A stretch of 64,000 nt of DNA, taken from Eledone cirrhosa (lineage: Eukaryota). Location of the stretch: contig OZ024742.1 in NCBI GenBank assembly GCA_964016885.1, positions 54,622,001 to 54,686,000 of the forward strand. Reading direction: 5' to 3'. Below, piece by piece: positions 26,978 through 37,757 of this stretch (within the stretch, counting starts at the first letter, position 1; each line of letters begins with the position of its first letter). The translations under genes and the position numbers were made by a program. Below the pieces are notes generated by a model, which worked only from the letters and a program-made list of their open reading frames with translations, ran no database searches and was not told where the DNA came from.

Positions 26978-29900
26978 TTACAGATATATACTCAGAGTAG
27001 GCCCATTCACTCGGGCCATTCTTGCTTCTCTCACCCATCTTTCAACAAAATGCTGGGAAGAGAGCACTTCCCTCTCTACTCTGATTTTCCTTTTCAAATG
27101 AAATTTGAAAAAGTCAATCAGAGCATCACCGAAGAGGTAAGTGCTCGTCTTCAGCCCTTTCAAACGTGTCCACCATACTATCTCTTTCACCATGGCCACC
27201 AGGCAGATAAAAACTGCCTGCCCTTCCCGGCTAAAGGAGGAGGGTGGGGCAATCCTCACGATGGACTCAGATGATAGCCGGATCCGTCCTAAACGCGACA
27301 GCAGGTGTTCGACATAAACCCACAAGTCAGCAATTTTCGGACACTGGACGAGTGCGTGCAGGACGGTTTCGTCGCCCTGCGCGCATCTCGGACATGCCCG
27401 GCTGACGGCACCTCCATGCCTGTAGAGTTTATCCCGAACTGGCAAGGCTCCTCGGTAGCACTGCCAGGCCAGAGATTTCTGGAAGTTGTCCATAGGCCCC
27501 GGCCCGAAAGTTCTTCCGAAGAGATTGGCTAGTTGATTTTCGTCGACGCCTAGAGTTTCCCCAAGTACGTCATCGCTCTTCCCCTCCACTAATCCTCTAT
27601 AGAACGCCGAGGTGGAGTTTCCACCGATCACATTGCCCGATTGGTCGAGGGCTGTGAGCGCCTGAAGACATTCCAGTCTCCAGGCGCTCCCTCTCGGTCT
27701 TCGCTTGACCCAGGACTGCAGCTCCGTCAAGGAAACGAGCTGGGGAAACACGCGCCTAGCAAACGGCGACCACACCTGATCACCGTCGAGGAAGAGGTGG
27801 AGATGTCGTAGCCTGAGCGCGTGCCTGCGCATCATCAGCCACGGCATGCCCAGCCCTCCACGTAGCGGGTGTTGACAACAGATGGACCGCCTGACCATCG
27901 GAGCGCGTCCCTTCCACAAAAAGCGAAACAGCAAACGCTCCAGCGCAGTCAGGCGAGGCTTAGGACAAGGTACGACGGTCAGACGGTAGCAGATGACGGA
28001 CGCGATGTACGCGTTAGCCACCTCCGCTCGACCTTTCAGGGATGGCTTCCTCTCCGCCCATTTCTGGGTGAGAGAAGCCACCCTGCTCGTCACCTCGTCC
28101 CAGTTTTTGTCCGTCTGGAGGTCCGGACCGAACCAGACCCCTAGCAATTTAACCGGTCCGTCCGTCCAGCGTCCGACGACGCTGTTGGACGGCATGGACC
28201 TGCCTCTCCAGGTGCCGAGCTGCAGGCCCACTGACTTTTCCTGGTTGATCATTGCTCCTGTCACCGCTTCGTATTCTCTTAGTGTAGTGCCGATCGCCTC
28301 GATGTGTTTGGCGTTCGACACCACTACGGTGACATCGTCCGCATATGCTGACACTGATCTTCCGCATCCTAGTTCGCGCGGGACTCCCCTCAACGTCTCC
28401 AGTTTGTGCAGTAATGGCTCGAGAGTCAATACGTACAAGAGGGACGAGAGGGGACATCCTTGGCGGACCGAGCGCATGATGTTGAACGGTTCCGACAGGT
28501 GACCGTTCACTCTCACCACAGAGCAGATGTCGCTGTGCATGGCAGCGATCCAGCCTCTGAAGACGGGCCCAAAGCCAGCCGCGCTCAGGACTGCCGCTAG
28601 GTAACGATGGTCGACCCTATCGAAAGCTTTCGACTGATCTAAATTGATCAAGGACCCACCCGTGCCAGGTTCCCTAGCTACCCTCTCTACGATGTATCGC
28701 ATGAGGTGGAGGTTGTCGTGGATGGATCTGTCGGGAATGGCGCATGTCTGCGCCTCTCCCACCAGACCACCAACGACAAGCGCCAACCTCTTTGCTAGCA
28801 CCTTGGCCAAAATCTTAAACTCTGTGTTTAGCAGAGTTATGGGCCGGAAATTGTCTATGTTATCCCCCTTGTTCGGATCCTTTCTCAGCAGTGCCACCGC
28901 TCCTCGGCTCACAGAACTGGGAATTCTCCCGTTCTGTTGCCAGTTGCAGTAGACGTCCGCCAAGAGGCCTCCGAACAAGTCTGGCATCTGTACGTAAAGT
29001 TCATAGGGCAGACCATCCAAACCAGGCGATTTACCCCTTGTGCAGCCAGTCATTGCCTCCCTTACTTCAGCGGCTGTTATCGGCTTTTCGCAACACTTCG
29101 CCTCAGTGGCCGAGAGCCGCGGCAGTCCGTCGAGGTAGACACTAAAGTCCATCCCTCTACCCGGCCCCCCGCTGCCCCCGAACAGCTGAGCGAAGTGTCG
29201 CTGAAAAGCTTCACACATTTGCCCGGGATCGAGTAGCATGCGCCCGTCGTGGTCCACCAAAGACCGGATCGTGGCTTTGTTGCCACGACGCGCCTCCGCC
29301 ACTCGGGCCCATTGAACGGCTTTCGTCCCCTCGTGTCTGAGAGCACGCACCCTAGCTCTGACAACGCAGCCTTCGTGCTTTGCATTGAAGAATTGGTCAA
29401 GGGCCAATTTCGCCGCAAGCACGTCGGTCGCAATGCCTTTGCTAAGCGCCTCGTCTAATTTTTTAACTAGTTCTCCCTCTGCTCTATTTTTCTCTATTGC
29501 TAAAGCATTACTAAACCTAATCGATTCTATTCTAATCGCTCTTTTCAGAGCAAACCACCACTTGTTGTTGACGATGGCCCCCGTCAACGCCCGCTTAACT
29601 AGTTCGCTAATCCGGTCTCTGTAGGCCTTGCGCGCTGGTAAGGACGCGTTTAGCTTCCAGTAGCCGGGTCCTCGTCTATGAAGCCTATCTAAGTCAAGCA
29701 CACAGGTCACGAATTTGTGGTCCGTGTAGCTGACTATCTTGAATTGTGGACAGCCTATGCTAGACCTATCTATTTCCCTACAAAATACTCTATCTAGATA
29801 TGATCTGGATGACCCTATGCGGTTTGTCCAAGTCCACATTGGCACATTCGGGAAATCCAATCGGTACCTGTCAGACAGTTCAAAACGCCTGAGCAGGTTG

Positions 29901-30397
29901 GTGAGGCTCTTGCACCCTCCACCCCTATCCGCTAATCCCACACAGTCCCAGCGTGCATCTAAGATCCCGTTCCAGTCGCCCACTAACACTAAAGAGCGGG
30001 ACGTTCCAAGAAAGGTCTCCAGACGCCGGAAGAAATCAGGCCGCCCTGCTCCTGTCGGGGCATAGACGGCCACTAGCCTGAAAGCTTGCCCGTCTCCGCT
30101 GGTCACGTCCAGCACCACCAGCTTACCCTCTGGGTCCAGGAAGATGGCCCGTATGGCGAGATCCAAACCTCTACGAAAAAGCACAGCAACTCCTCCACCC
30201 GATCCAGGACGGCTGGGAGATGCGTACACATCGTAGCCGCCGAAGATCGGTGCGAAGGCCCGCGCTTCGGAGATTCTGGTCTCGCTGATGGCCACTACAT
30301 CTATGTTTAGTGACCTGAGGTCGTTGAGCAGGTGACCCTGCTTCCATGACGACCCCAAGCCACGCGCATTTATGCTGCCTATTCTGAGTGAGGTCAT
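26978..30397 (-). CDS. Tx1 ORF2: APE endonuclease, reverse transcriptase and C-terminal zinc finger, uninterrupted 1139 aa
   Basis: SINARGL, ISET, VYAP, GDWN, YLDR, TDHK (APE); KSPGLDG, RPITLLN, DQSKAFD, RQGCPLS, YADD (RT); CPRC...ETVLHALVQC. Confidence 0.95.
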   Translation of the reverse strand: MTSLRIGSINARGLGSSWKQGHLLNDLRSLNIDVVAISETRISEARAFAPIFGGYDVYASPSRPGSGGGVAVLFRRGLDLAIRAIFLDPEGKLVVLDVTSGDGQAFRLVAVYAPTGAGRPDFFRRLETFLGTSRSLVLVGDWNGILDARWDCVGLADRGGGCKSLTNLLRRFELSDRYRLDFPNVPMWTWTNRIGSSRSYLDRVFCREIDRSSIGCPQFKIVSYTDHKFVTCVLDLDRLHRRGPGYWKLNASLPARKAYRDRISELVKRALTGAIVNNKWWFALKRAIRIESIRFSNALAIEKNRAEGELVKKLDEALSKGIATDVLAAKLALDQFFNAKHEGCVVRARVRALRHEGTKAVQWARVAEARRGNKATIRSLVDHDGRMLLDPGQMCEAFQRHFAQLFGGSGGPGRGMDFSVYLDGLPRLSATEAKCCEKPITAAEVREAMTGCTRGKSPGLDGLPYELYVQMPDLFGGLLADVYCNWQQNGRIPSSVSRGAVALLRKDPNKGDNIDNFRPITLLNTEFKILAKVLAKRLALVVGGLVGEAQTCAIPDRSIHDNLHLMRYIVERVAREPGTGGSLINLDQSKAFDRVDHRYLAAVLSAAGFGPVFRGWIAAMHSDICSVVRVNGHLSEPFNIMRSVRQGCPLSSLLYVLTLEPLLHKLETLRGVPRELGCGRSVSAYADDVTVVVSNAKHIEAIGTTLREYEAVTGAMINQEKSVGLQLGTWRGRSMPSNSVVGRWTDGPVKLLGVWFGPDLQTDKNWDEVTSRVASLTQKWAERKPSLKGRAEVANAYIASVICYRLTVVPCPKPRLTALERLLFRFLWKGRAPMVRRSICCQHPLRGGLGMPWLMMRRHALRLRHLHLFLDGDQVWSPFARRVFPQLVSLTELQSWVKRRPRGSAWRLECLQALTALDQSGNVIGGNSTSAFYRGLVEGKSDDVLGETLGVDENQLANLFGRTFGPGPMDNFQKSLAWQCYRGALPVRDKLYRHGGAVSRACPRCAQGDETVLHALVQCPKIADLWVYVEHLLSRLGRIRLSSESIVRIAPPSSFSREGQAVFICLVAMVKEIVWWTRLKGLKTSTYLFGDALIDFFKFHLKRKIRVEREVLSSQHFVERWVREARMARVNGPTLSIYL

Positions 30398-30432
30398 GTT
30401 TAAAATAGAGTGGAAAAGATGGGAAAGACCAC

Positions 30433-32516
30433 TTACCGTACTTTTGGTAGAGGAGGGATGGTTTTTACATCCCTTTTCACTTGATCGTCTGTTGAAGGGA
30501 CCGTTGAATCGTCCCTTCGGCTGGTCGTCGGCTCTTCTAAGAGAATGTCTGAGTATACTCTTCGATTGATGGTTCCTCCTAGGTCCCTGAAATCACCAAC
30601 TGCGTTGGGGAATTTCGTTTTAATGTTTGTGTATTGTTTCTGTGCTATTTTTAGCAGTCTTATGTTAGTTGGCGTTTTGATTGGTGCTGGTATTATGTAG
30701 TCCTGTTGTGAAATGTCTGTGTGTTCAATTATGTAAGTCATTAGTTTCTTGTTGTGTGTATTTATTGCCGTGCATTTGTTTTTCTGGGGGTGGGGTGTGG
30801 TTCTACTATTTTCTTGTCGTTGTTGCTGGGTGTGTGTGTTTTGTTGTTGTGTTTGCGATGTTGGTGCTTGTGGTGGTGGTGTTAAAGGTGTTGTTGGCGG
30901 TGGTGATGGTGGTGCTAGTGTGGGTGGTGATGGTGTTGGTGTTGTTGCTGCTGTGGGTCTCTTTGCAGTAGACTTTACCCTTTTCTCATTTCTTTCCTCC
31001 CTTTTCAAAGGCGACGATGCGCTGCTTCTGCGTTTGTGCCTTCTTACGACCTTTTGCCATCCCTCTCCCACCTCACACTCCATGTCTGATTCTGTGAGGT
31101 CGGGGAGGGGTACCAGCTCCACTCTTTCACTTGTTGTTGGTGATGTTTGCACTGGAGTCTCTGTTGCAGCTGCATTTGGTATTGCTGTTGTTGTTGTTAA
31201 TATTTCCACTGCTGCTGCTGTTTTTGATTTCCGTGGAGTGGGTATGGGTGCCACGGACCTATCGTTCCTGGTTGCCGCTTGTCCTGTTGCTGGTAGCCGT
31301 GGAGCCGGATTCGGAAGGAGGGGGGTTTTCTCCTTTCTCAGGGTCTTCTCGTTGCAGAAGGCCCTGAGGTGAGTCTTCGATCCACAGCGAAAGCATTTCG
31401 GGCGTTTGCCCTCAACACTTATGGGCAGTTGAGTGCCGTTATCGAAGTCTATCACATCCGGGATAGCTTCGATGCACTCCTGGTTGGTTTGGATTAGCAT
31501 CTCAATGGAGGAGCCGATCCAATCTTCTCTTACTTTTTTCTGTACTTGCAGTACAGTTGTTTTGTCCTCGATTCCGACGAGGACAGACGCAGCCAGCCAA
31601 GAAGGGGTCATTCCGGGGGGGGGGGGGACGTGGGTTAGTTTGACCCTCACAATTTTTTGCCCACAGTAGGAGGGCACCAACACCATTTCCTCGCTCCTTA
31701 GGGTCACTACTGATTGGGCCTTTGCCTCCTGGGGTGTGGCAAAAAGTACGTCTACGGTGGCATATTTTTTGCCTCGGGTGATGTGCGTTTTCCGCTGCCA
31801 CACAGACCCCAAGGCTTTTTGTATTTGGGCCTCTGTGGCTCTTTCCACCCTACGGGATTTTGTACTTACTGTACGGTACGTGACCGTACAGTGCTCTTGG
31901 GTTTCGAAAAATTTTTCCGCTGCCTTGCAGATTGCTCGGTGTCCGTTCTTTGTAACCATCTTCTTCGCTTCCTCTAATTCCTCATTTGTTATGAGGATTG
32001 TTTCCAAGTTTTTCGCAATACCTGCAAATGAGATTGGTTTTTCTCTGCTGTTGTTGTTGTCGTCAGAGCTGCTGGTACTTTTGTTGTTGCTGCAGGTACT
32101 ACGACTACTGCCTCCGCCGCTGTTGCTGTGGTTGTGTTGGTGTTGCTGCTGCTAATGCTGTTGTTGTTTATGCTGCTGGTGATGTTGTTGCGGCTGCTAC
32201 TGTTGTTTTCATTGTCACTGTTGCTGTTGTTATTACGGCTGCTACTGCTATTATTCCTGACGTCAGACGAATGAACTGGGTTTTCGTATTTCCCGGACAC
32301 CTGTTTCGTCGCTGTCGTCGTCGTCGTGGAGAAACTTTGCACGCTTTGCACGAGACTTTGTTTTTCTTTCGTCACTTGCGAAAGAGAAGGGAGGGAGAGA
32401 GACACATTTAAAGAAGGGAGGGAGAGAGACAATCTTCTCTCTGCTGTAGTGATGATTGAGGAAGAAGAAGACGGAATGAGTGGGAGTGACGTATGAAATT
32501 TCTTTTTCGTAGCCAT
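30433..32516 (-). CDS. Tx1 ORF1 (CCHC zinc knuckle), probably starting at ATG 32516 with a 1-nt frameshift near 32130-32150
   Basis: CFRCGSKTHLRAFC knuckle. The ORF1 frame is open up to ~32151 (…NNNSREKPISFAGIAKNLETIL…), and the upstream ORF 31989-32516 has matching N/S-rich composition. Confidence 0.75.
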
Positions 32517-32756
32517 GTTGTTTTTTGTTTAAAATGAATATTGGGTACAAAACCCCAATAACTGGTTATTTAGCCCCGAAGGGCCAAATAACGGACAGAA
32601 AGACCCCTCTCACGAGGAGGAGGGTGTCTTTATCAACAATTTGGTTCAAGTTTTAAACAATTTACAATTGTTTTAACGGTTAAAAATTACTATACCTTAC
32701 AGAGCCGAGCCTCCGTCAACCATGGCATTCAATAATAATAATAATAATAATAATAT

Positions 32757-35700
32757 TATTCATTTTTGGGGCCCTTTCTGCCTGTGTGTTTGTTTGTTTA
32801 TGTGTGTTCGTATACAGCGTGGTGATAATGCCACACAAGGGCCAAGTGGAATGGCGGATCAACAGATGGCTATGTAACCATACATTCGCCAATCCTCGAT
32901 AAGAGTGTTTAAATATCGAACATAAACAGTTCGAATAACGGTGAAATGGAGACTAGAACGTCATGTGACAGACTCTCACCCAACAGGTGCCCCCTGGCTC
33001 AGCAGCAGGAACCTGACTGTCAACCAAATACTGCTGATGTTGGAGGAAGGAGAAGAAGGAAAGGGGCCAGAACCAACTGGACGAAAGAATTGAATAGAAC
33101 TGTTATGCAATGTTACCTGAAAAGTAACCCCAAGGAGAGGGGCTACAGGAGACGGATGCATAACATCTGGAACGAGATTGGTTTATTTAAATTAGATGAA
33201 CAAAAATTGGCCGGGCAGGCTCGGGTAATAAGAACTAATGGGTGGATAAGCGAGCTGGAACTGGAGGAACTGAGCAGAGAGAATGGCTTGGAGATGGCGG
33301 GTGTAGTATGCCAGACAAGCGAGCCAGTGGGAAATGAAGGTGAAGAGGTCCTGAGAACGGAGGAACCACCCGAAGCAGACAATGATCTGAATACTGAGAT
33401 AAATAATACCTGGAACAGAGATACGGCCACTGAGGAGATGAATGCTGACGGGCTAGGACAAGATTCGGTTGACATCCTAAATTTAGTGGTAGATGAATTG
33501 AACAATGATAGTGGGAGACCTATGAACCTAAGATTTGTAGACAGGAAAAAGTTAAAAGAAACAACAGCTAAGGTAAACAAAGTCATCCCATACCTTGAGG
33601 CGAGGAGCCTTCACCAGTGCAACAATATCCTCAAAGCAACAGCAAATACGGTGAGGAAACTACTTGGTATAAAAGCGAGAGGAAACAACAGACAAGAAAG
33701 AGCAGAGCCGTGGTGGAAGAAGCGACCGAGTGGGCAAATCGAGGAAATGAGAAATGACATAGGAAAGCTTGAGTCACTACTGAATGGGACACTAAAAAAC
33801 ATAGGCACTAAAAATAGACTGAAAATAAAATACAAAACTAGGAGTAAAAAGCTAAATATTATCATAGAGGAATTGAAGCAACGCATTGTAGCAAAGAGTG
33901 CCAAAATCAGGCGATACGAGAACAGAGTCAGTCAGTATAAACAGAACCGCATGTTCGACAACAACCAGAAGATGCTGTTTGGACAGCTTGAGGGGAAAGA
34001 AAGAGGCAACGACTTGATCCCTGGGGCGGAACAAGCTAAAACATTCTGGAGAGGAATATGGGAGCAGGATGCTAGACACAATGCCCAGGCAGGGTGGATT
34101 GAGACAGTACAGAGGGAGATCGGTGAGCAGGCACAGCAACAGACTGATTTGAGTATCACAGTTGAAACTCTTAAGGGGCAAGCCAAAAAACTAACCAACT
34201 GGAAATCACCAGGCCCAGATGGTGTGCAGGGGTATTGGATTAAACATTTAACATCCCTCCACCCGAAGCTGACGGCCATGTTCAATGACTGCTTGGTGTC
34301 GGGTGAGGTGCCAGAGTGGTTGACAAAAGGTACCACAGTTCTGATAATGAAAGACCGAATCAAGGGTAATGATGTTACCAACTATAGACCTATCACATGT
34401 CTGCCCGTAATGTGGAAACTGTTGACGAGCATTGTGTCTGAGGAAATCTACCATCACCTCCACACAAACAACTTGTTGCCGGACGAACAGAAAGGATGCC
34501 GAAAGAAGTCACGTGGTACAAAGAACCAGTTGCTTATTGATAAGATGGTAATGGGGAATTGCAGGAGGAGACACACTGATCTTGCCATGGGATGGATAGA
34601 CTACAGAAAGGCATTTGACATGGTGCCTCATTCCTGGATCACCAAAAGCCTGGAGATCTTCAGGGTGGCAGATAACATCAGACAGTTGCTGGGCAGGAGT
34701 ATGGGGTCCTGCGAGACAGAGTTGACATCAACTGGAGTATCCTTGGGAAGCGTGAAGATCAAGAGAGGTATCTTCCAGGGAGATAGCCTGTCCCCTCTGT
34801 TGTTTGTCCTTGCCCTGATGCCCTTGACCATTATGCTGCGAAAAGTGAGAGCAGGATACAAGTTGGGAAGGGGAGAGCTTACCATCAATCACCTCCTCTT
34901 CATGGACGATCTTAAGCTCTTCGGGAAAAGTGAGAAGGAGTTGGATGTGCTTGTTGACACTGTCCGTATTTTCAGCAGTGATATATGTATGCAGTTTGGT
35001 ATTGGTAAATGTGGAGTCATTGTGATGAGGAGGGGTAGGTTGAGCAGAAGTAACGGGATCCAGATACCAACAGGTGAGATGATAAAGGAAATTGACTCTG
35101 AGGAAGGATACAAGTATTTGGGCGTTCTGGAGGCTGATGGCATAAAGAACAAAAAAATGAAGGAATTGTTAAGAACTGAATACATTCGGAGAGTAAGGAG
35201 CGTATTGAAGTCACATCTGAACAGCAGAAATGCCATAAGCGCAGTAAATTCCCGAGCTGTGTCTATTATTAGGTACAGTGCGGGAATTCTGAGATGGAAT
35301 GTTGCTGAACAAAAAGAAATGGATAGGAAGACTAGGAAGCTATTGACTATCTACAACATGTTCCACAAGAGGAGTGATGTCGATAGACTCTACCTAAGGA
35401 GATCTGAGGGTGGAAGAGGTCTTATCAGCATAGAGGACTGTGTTCAGATGGAGAAAAACAACCTATACAAATACGTGACCTATAGTAAGGAGCCAATGCT
35501 CAGAGCTGTACTGAAGGAGGGGACAGTAGGCCAGGGGATATCCAAGGAGGAAATAACATCAAGGAGGAAGAGCAGCCTTAAGGGAAAATCCCTTCATAGT
35601 ACCTTCTTTGAGAAAACTGAATTTAGAGATCCACAGACATGGAACTGGTTGAGAAGAGGGGACCTCAAAAAGGCTACAGAAGGAATGCTAATGGCTGCGT

Positions 35701-36412
35701 AGGAGCAGGCCCTCAAAACGAAGTGGTTGAAGCACCATATCTACAAGGAGGAGGCTAGCCCACTGTGCAGGATCTGTGGAGAGAGAGAGGAGACTGTGGC
35801 TCACATTGTGTCCGAGTGTAAACACCTAGCCCAGACCCACTATAAGGGCTGGAGACACGATGTGATGGGCAGGGTGATCCACTGGCACCTGTGCAAAGTA
35901 AACAATCTACCACATTCTGAGAAATGGTATGAGCATAGGCCAGAGGCGGTGATGCAGAACAGTCAGGTGAAGGTGCTGTGGGATTTTAGGATACAGACGG
36001 ACAAAAAACTGGAACACAATAGACCTGACCTGGTGGTTGTGGACAAAGAAAAAAGATCGTGCCTGATTGTGGATGTGGCCTGCCCGTTCGACACGAGAGT
36101 GCAAGAGAAGGAGAGGGAGAAAATTAACCGATACCAGGACCTAAAGTGGGAGGTGAAAAGGATTTGGAACTGCCATGAAGTCAAAGTGATCCCGATTGTC
36201 ATAGGCGCACTGGGGACTATCTCCAAAGGTTTCCAGGGATGGTTAAAGAAAATCGGCCCCTTCACGCTTTTTGGAACGCTTCAAAAGGCATGCTTGCTTG
36301 GAACGGCAAGAACCCTCCGATACGTCCTGAATATCTGAGGCTGCAGGTAGTGGCTTGATATTCAATCCAACGGACTTTCCAGTTAACCAACATCAATGAC
36401 TGAGATTCAAGG
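32757..36412 (+). mobile_element. Full-length R4/Dong-type RLE non-LTR retrotransposon (copy 1) in (AAT)n
   Basis: Single ORF with RT, CCHC and PD-(D/E)xK. Preceded by (AAT)n and followed by an aataac/aat tail. Confidence 0.92.
32946..36338 (+). pseudogene. Dong-type ORF (RT, CxxC/H/C finger, RLE) with one in-frame TAG at 35700-35702
   Basis: [37 protein letters not shown]; CRICGEREETVAHIVSEC, RHD, RPDLVV, DVACP, KINRY. The 35727 ORF is in the same frame, and copy 2 has CAA at the stop position. Confidence 0.9.
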
Positions 36413-37757
36413 AATAACAATAACAACAATAATAATAATAATAATAATAATAATAAGAAGAAGAAGAAGACGCACATGGTGGATAGAAGGTCGTGAAATC
36501 GCTCCCGTAAGTTTTGATTTTTTAACATATTTAAATCAATAGTGAAATAACAATTCTTAGTACAAATGATACATAAAACATCCGGCTTGAGTCCCAAAAT
36601 ATTCAGACCCATAATATATTGTTATATCACTCAAATATTCAATTTTGTATTATACATTTTATATTCAAAAAAGAAAATGGTTATAAATGGAAGAAAACCC
36701 CCTATGTCTACACTATATAGAACAGCCAAATAACAGAAATTTCACCAACACCACAAACTAGATACACCACCTACCCCATCACCCCTCTGTGTACACTAAA
36801 CACATCAGCCAGATAACGGCAATTTCACCACCACCACCACCAATCTCAGCATAATAATAGTAATTACTATTATTATTGTCTCAAGTTTTAACAAAATGTT
36901 TAAATCCAATATTAAGGGAATATGTCAACACATATACGCGACTAACCCCATAGATTCACCGGTCACACAAAAATACAGTTCATTCAACAAAACTCAAAAA
37001 TGACAACGTCATCACTACAGTCACCGCCACCGCCGTCCATCCATCATTACTACCACTATTCCATCACCGCCGCCACCACTCCTTCATTGCTACCACCGGT
37101 ATCCCCCCATTACCTTCTGTTAACTTACGAAAGGGGAAGATGGCGGTATCACTAGACAATATTAATAAACAAGATTAATATTTAATTTGGGATCAGGAAT
37201 GTTAGAGTCGAAAAGGAGGAAAATGACAAAATGACTAAATAACTAAAGATAATTTCACCACCAACACCACCACCACTACCACGATGAAAACTCTGGTTAC
37301 GTCGACTCAACCGCTATTTCTACTCCAACTTCAAAACCATCACTACAGTAATACGACCACATCACCACCACCACTGCCTAATAATGATTTATCGCTACCG
37401 CCGCTATTCTCTCCCACTACCTCCTGCTAGTTGCTGCTAGCACAGCACCGCCACCACCACCGCCACCACCACCACCGCCACCACTGCCTCATTATCACTA
37501 CCGCCGCTATTCTCTCCCGCTACCCCCTGCTACACCGTAGAACCCCCACTAAAAGAGGAAAGCATCAAAATATATAAAGAGACTGAATTGATGACCCGGA
37601 CAAATTAAAAAAAAAATAATAAAAAACTAAAGCAGCACAGCAACAACGAAAAACGTAAAGAAAATAAGAATGAAGAGAAAAACAAACAGACGGACAGAGA
37701 AGGGAAGGGAAAAATTAAGTCAGACATTCAAACACTACATTACAATGAAACTTATGC

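Larger units (their letters stand above)
26717..32730 (-). mobile_element. Full-length Tx1-clade (L1 group) non-LTR retrotransposon inserted in (AAT)n
   Basis: ORF1 plus ORF2. 3' end ccttgtggttaataaagaaatc(att)n. Both ends abut (AAT)n (26672-26716 and 32731-32754). Confidence 0.92.

Noticed and set aside
32015-32705. Possible intron in the Tx1 5' region (aag|gtatag ... ttgcag|g)
   Set aside because: The upstream ATG frame hits TAA before the donor, so splicing would not repair ORF1.
27305-36612. Antisense and alternative-frame ORFs over the LINE ORFs
   Set aside because: Shadow ORFs of GC-richer coding sequence with no recognisable motifs.
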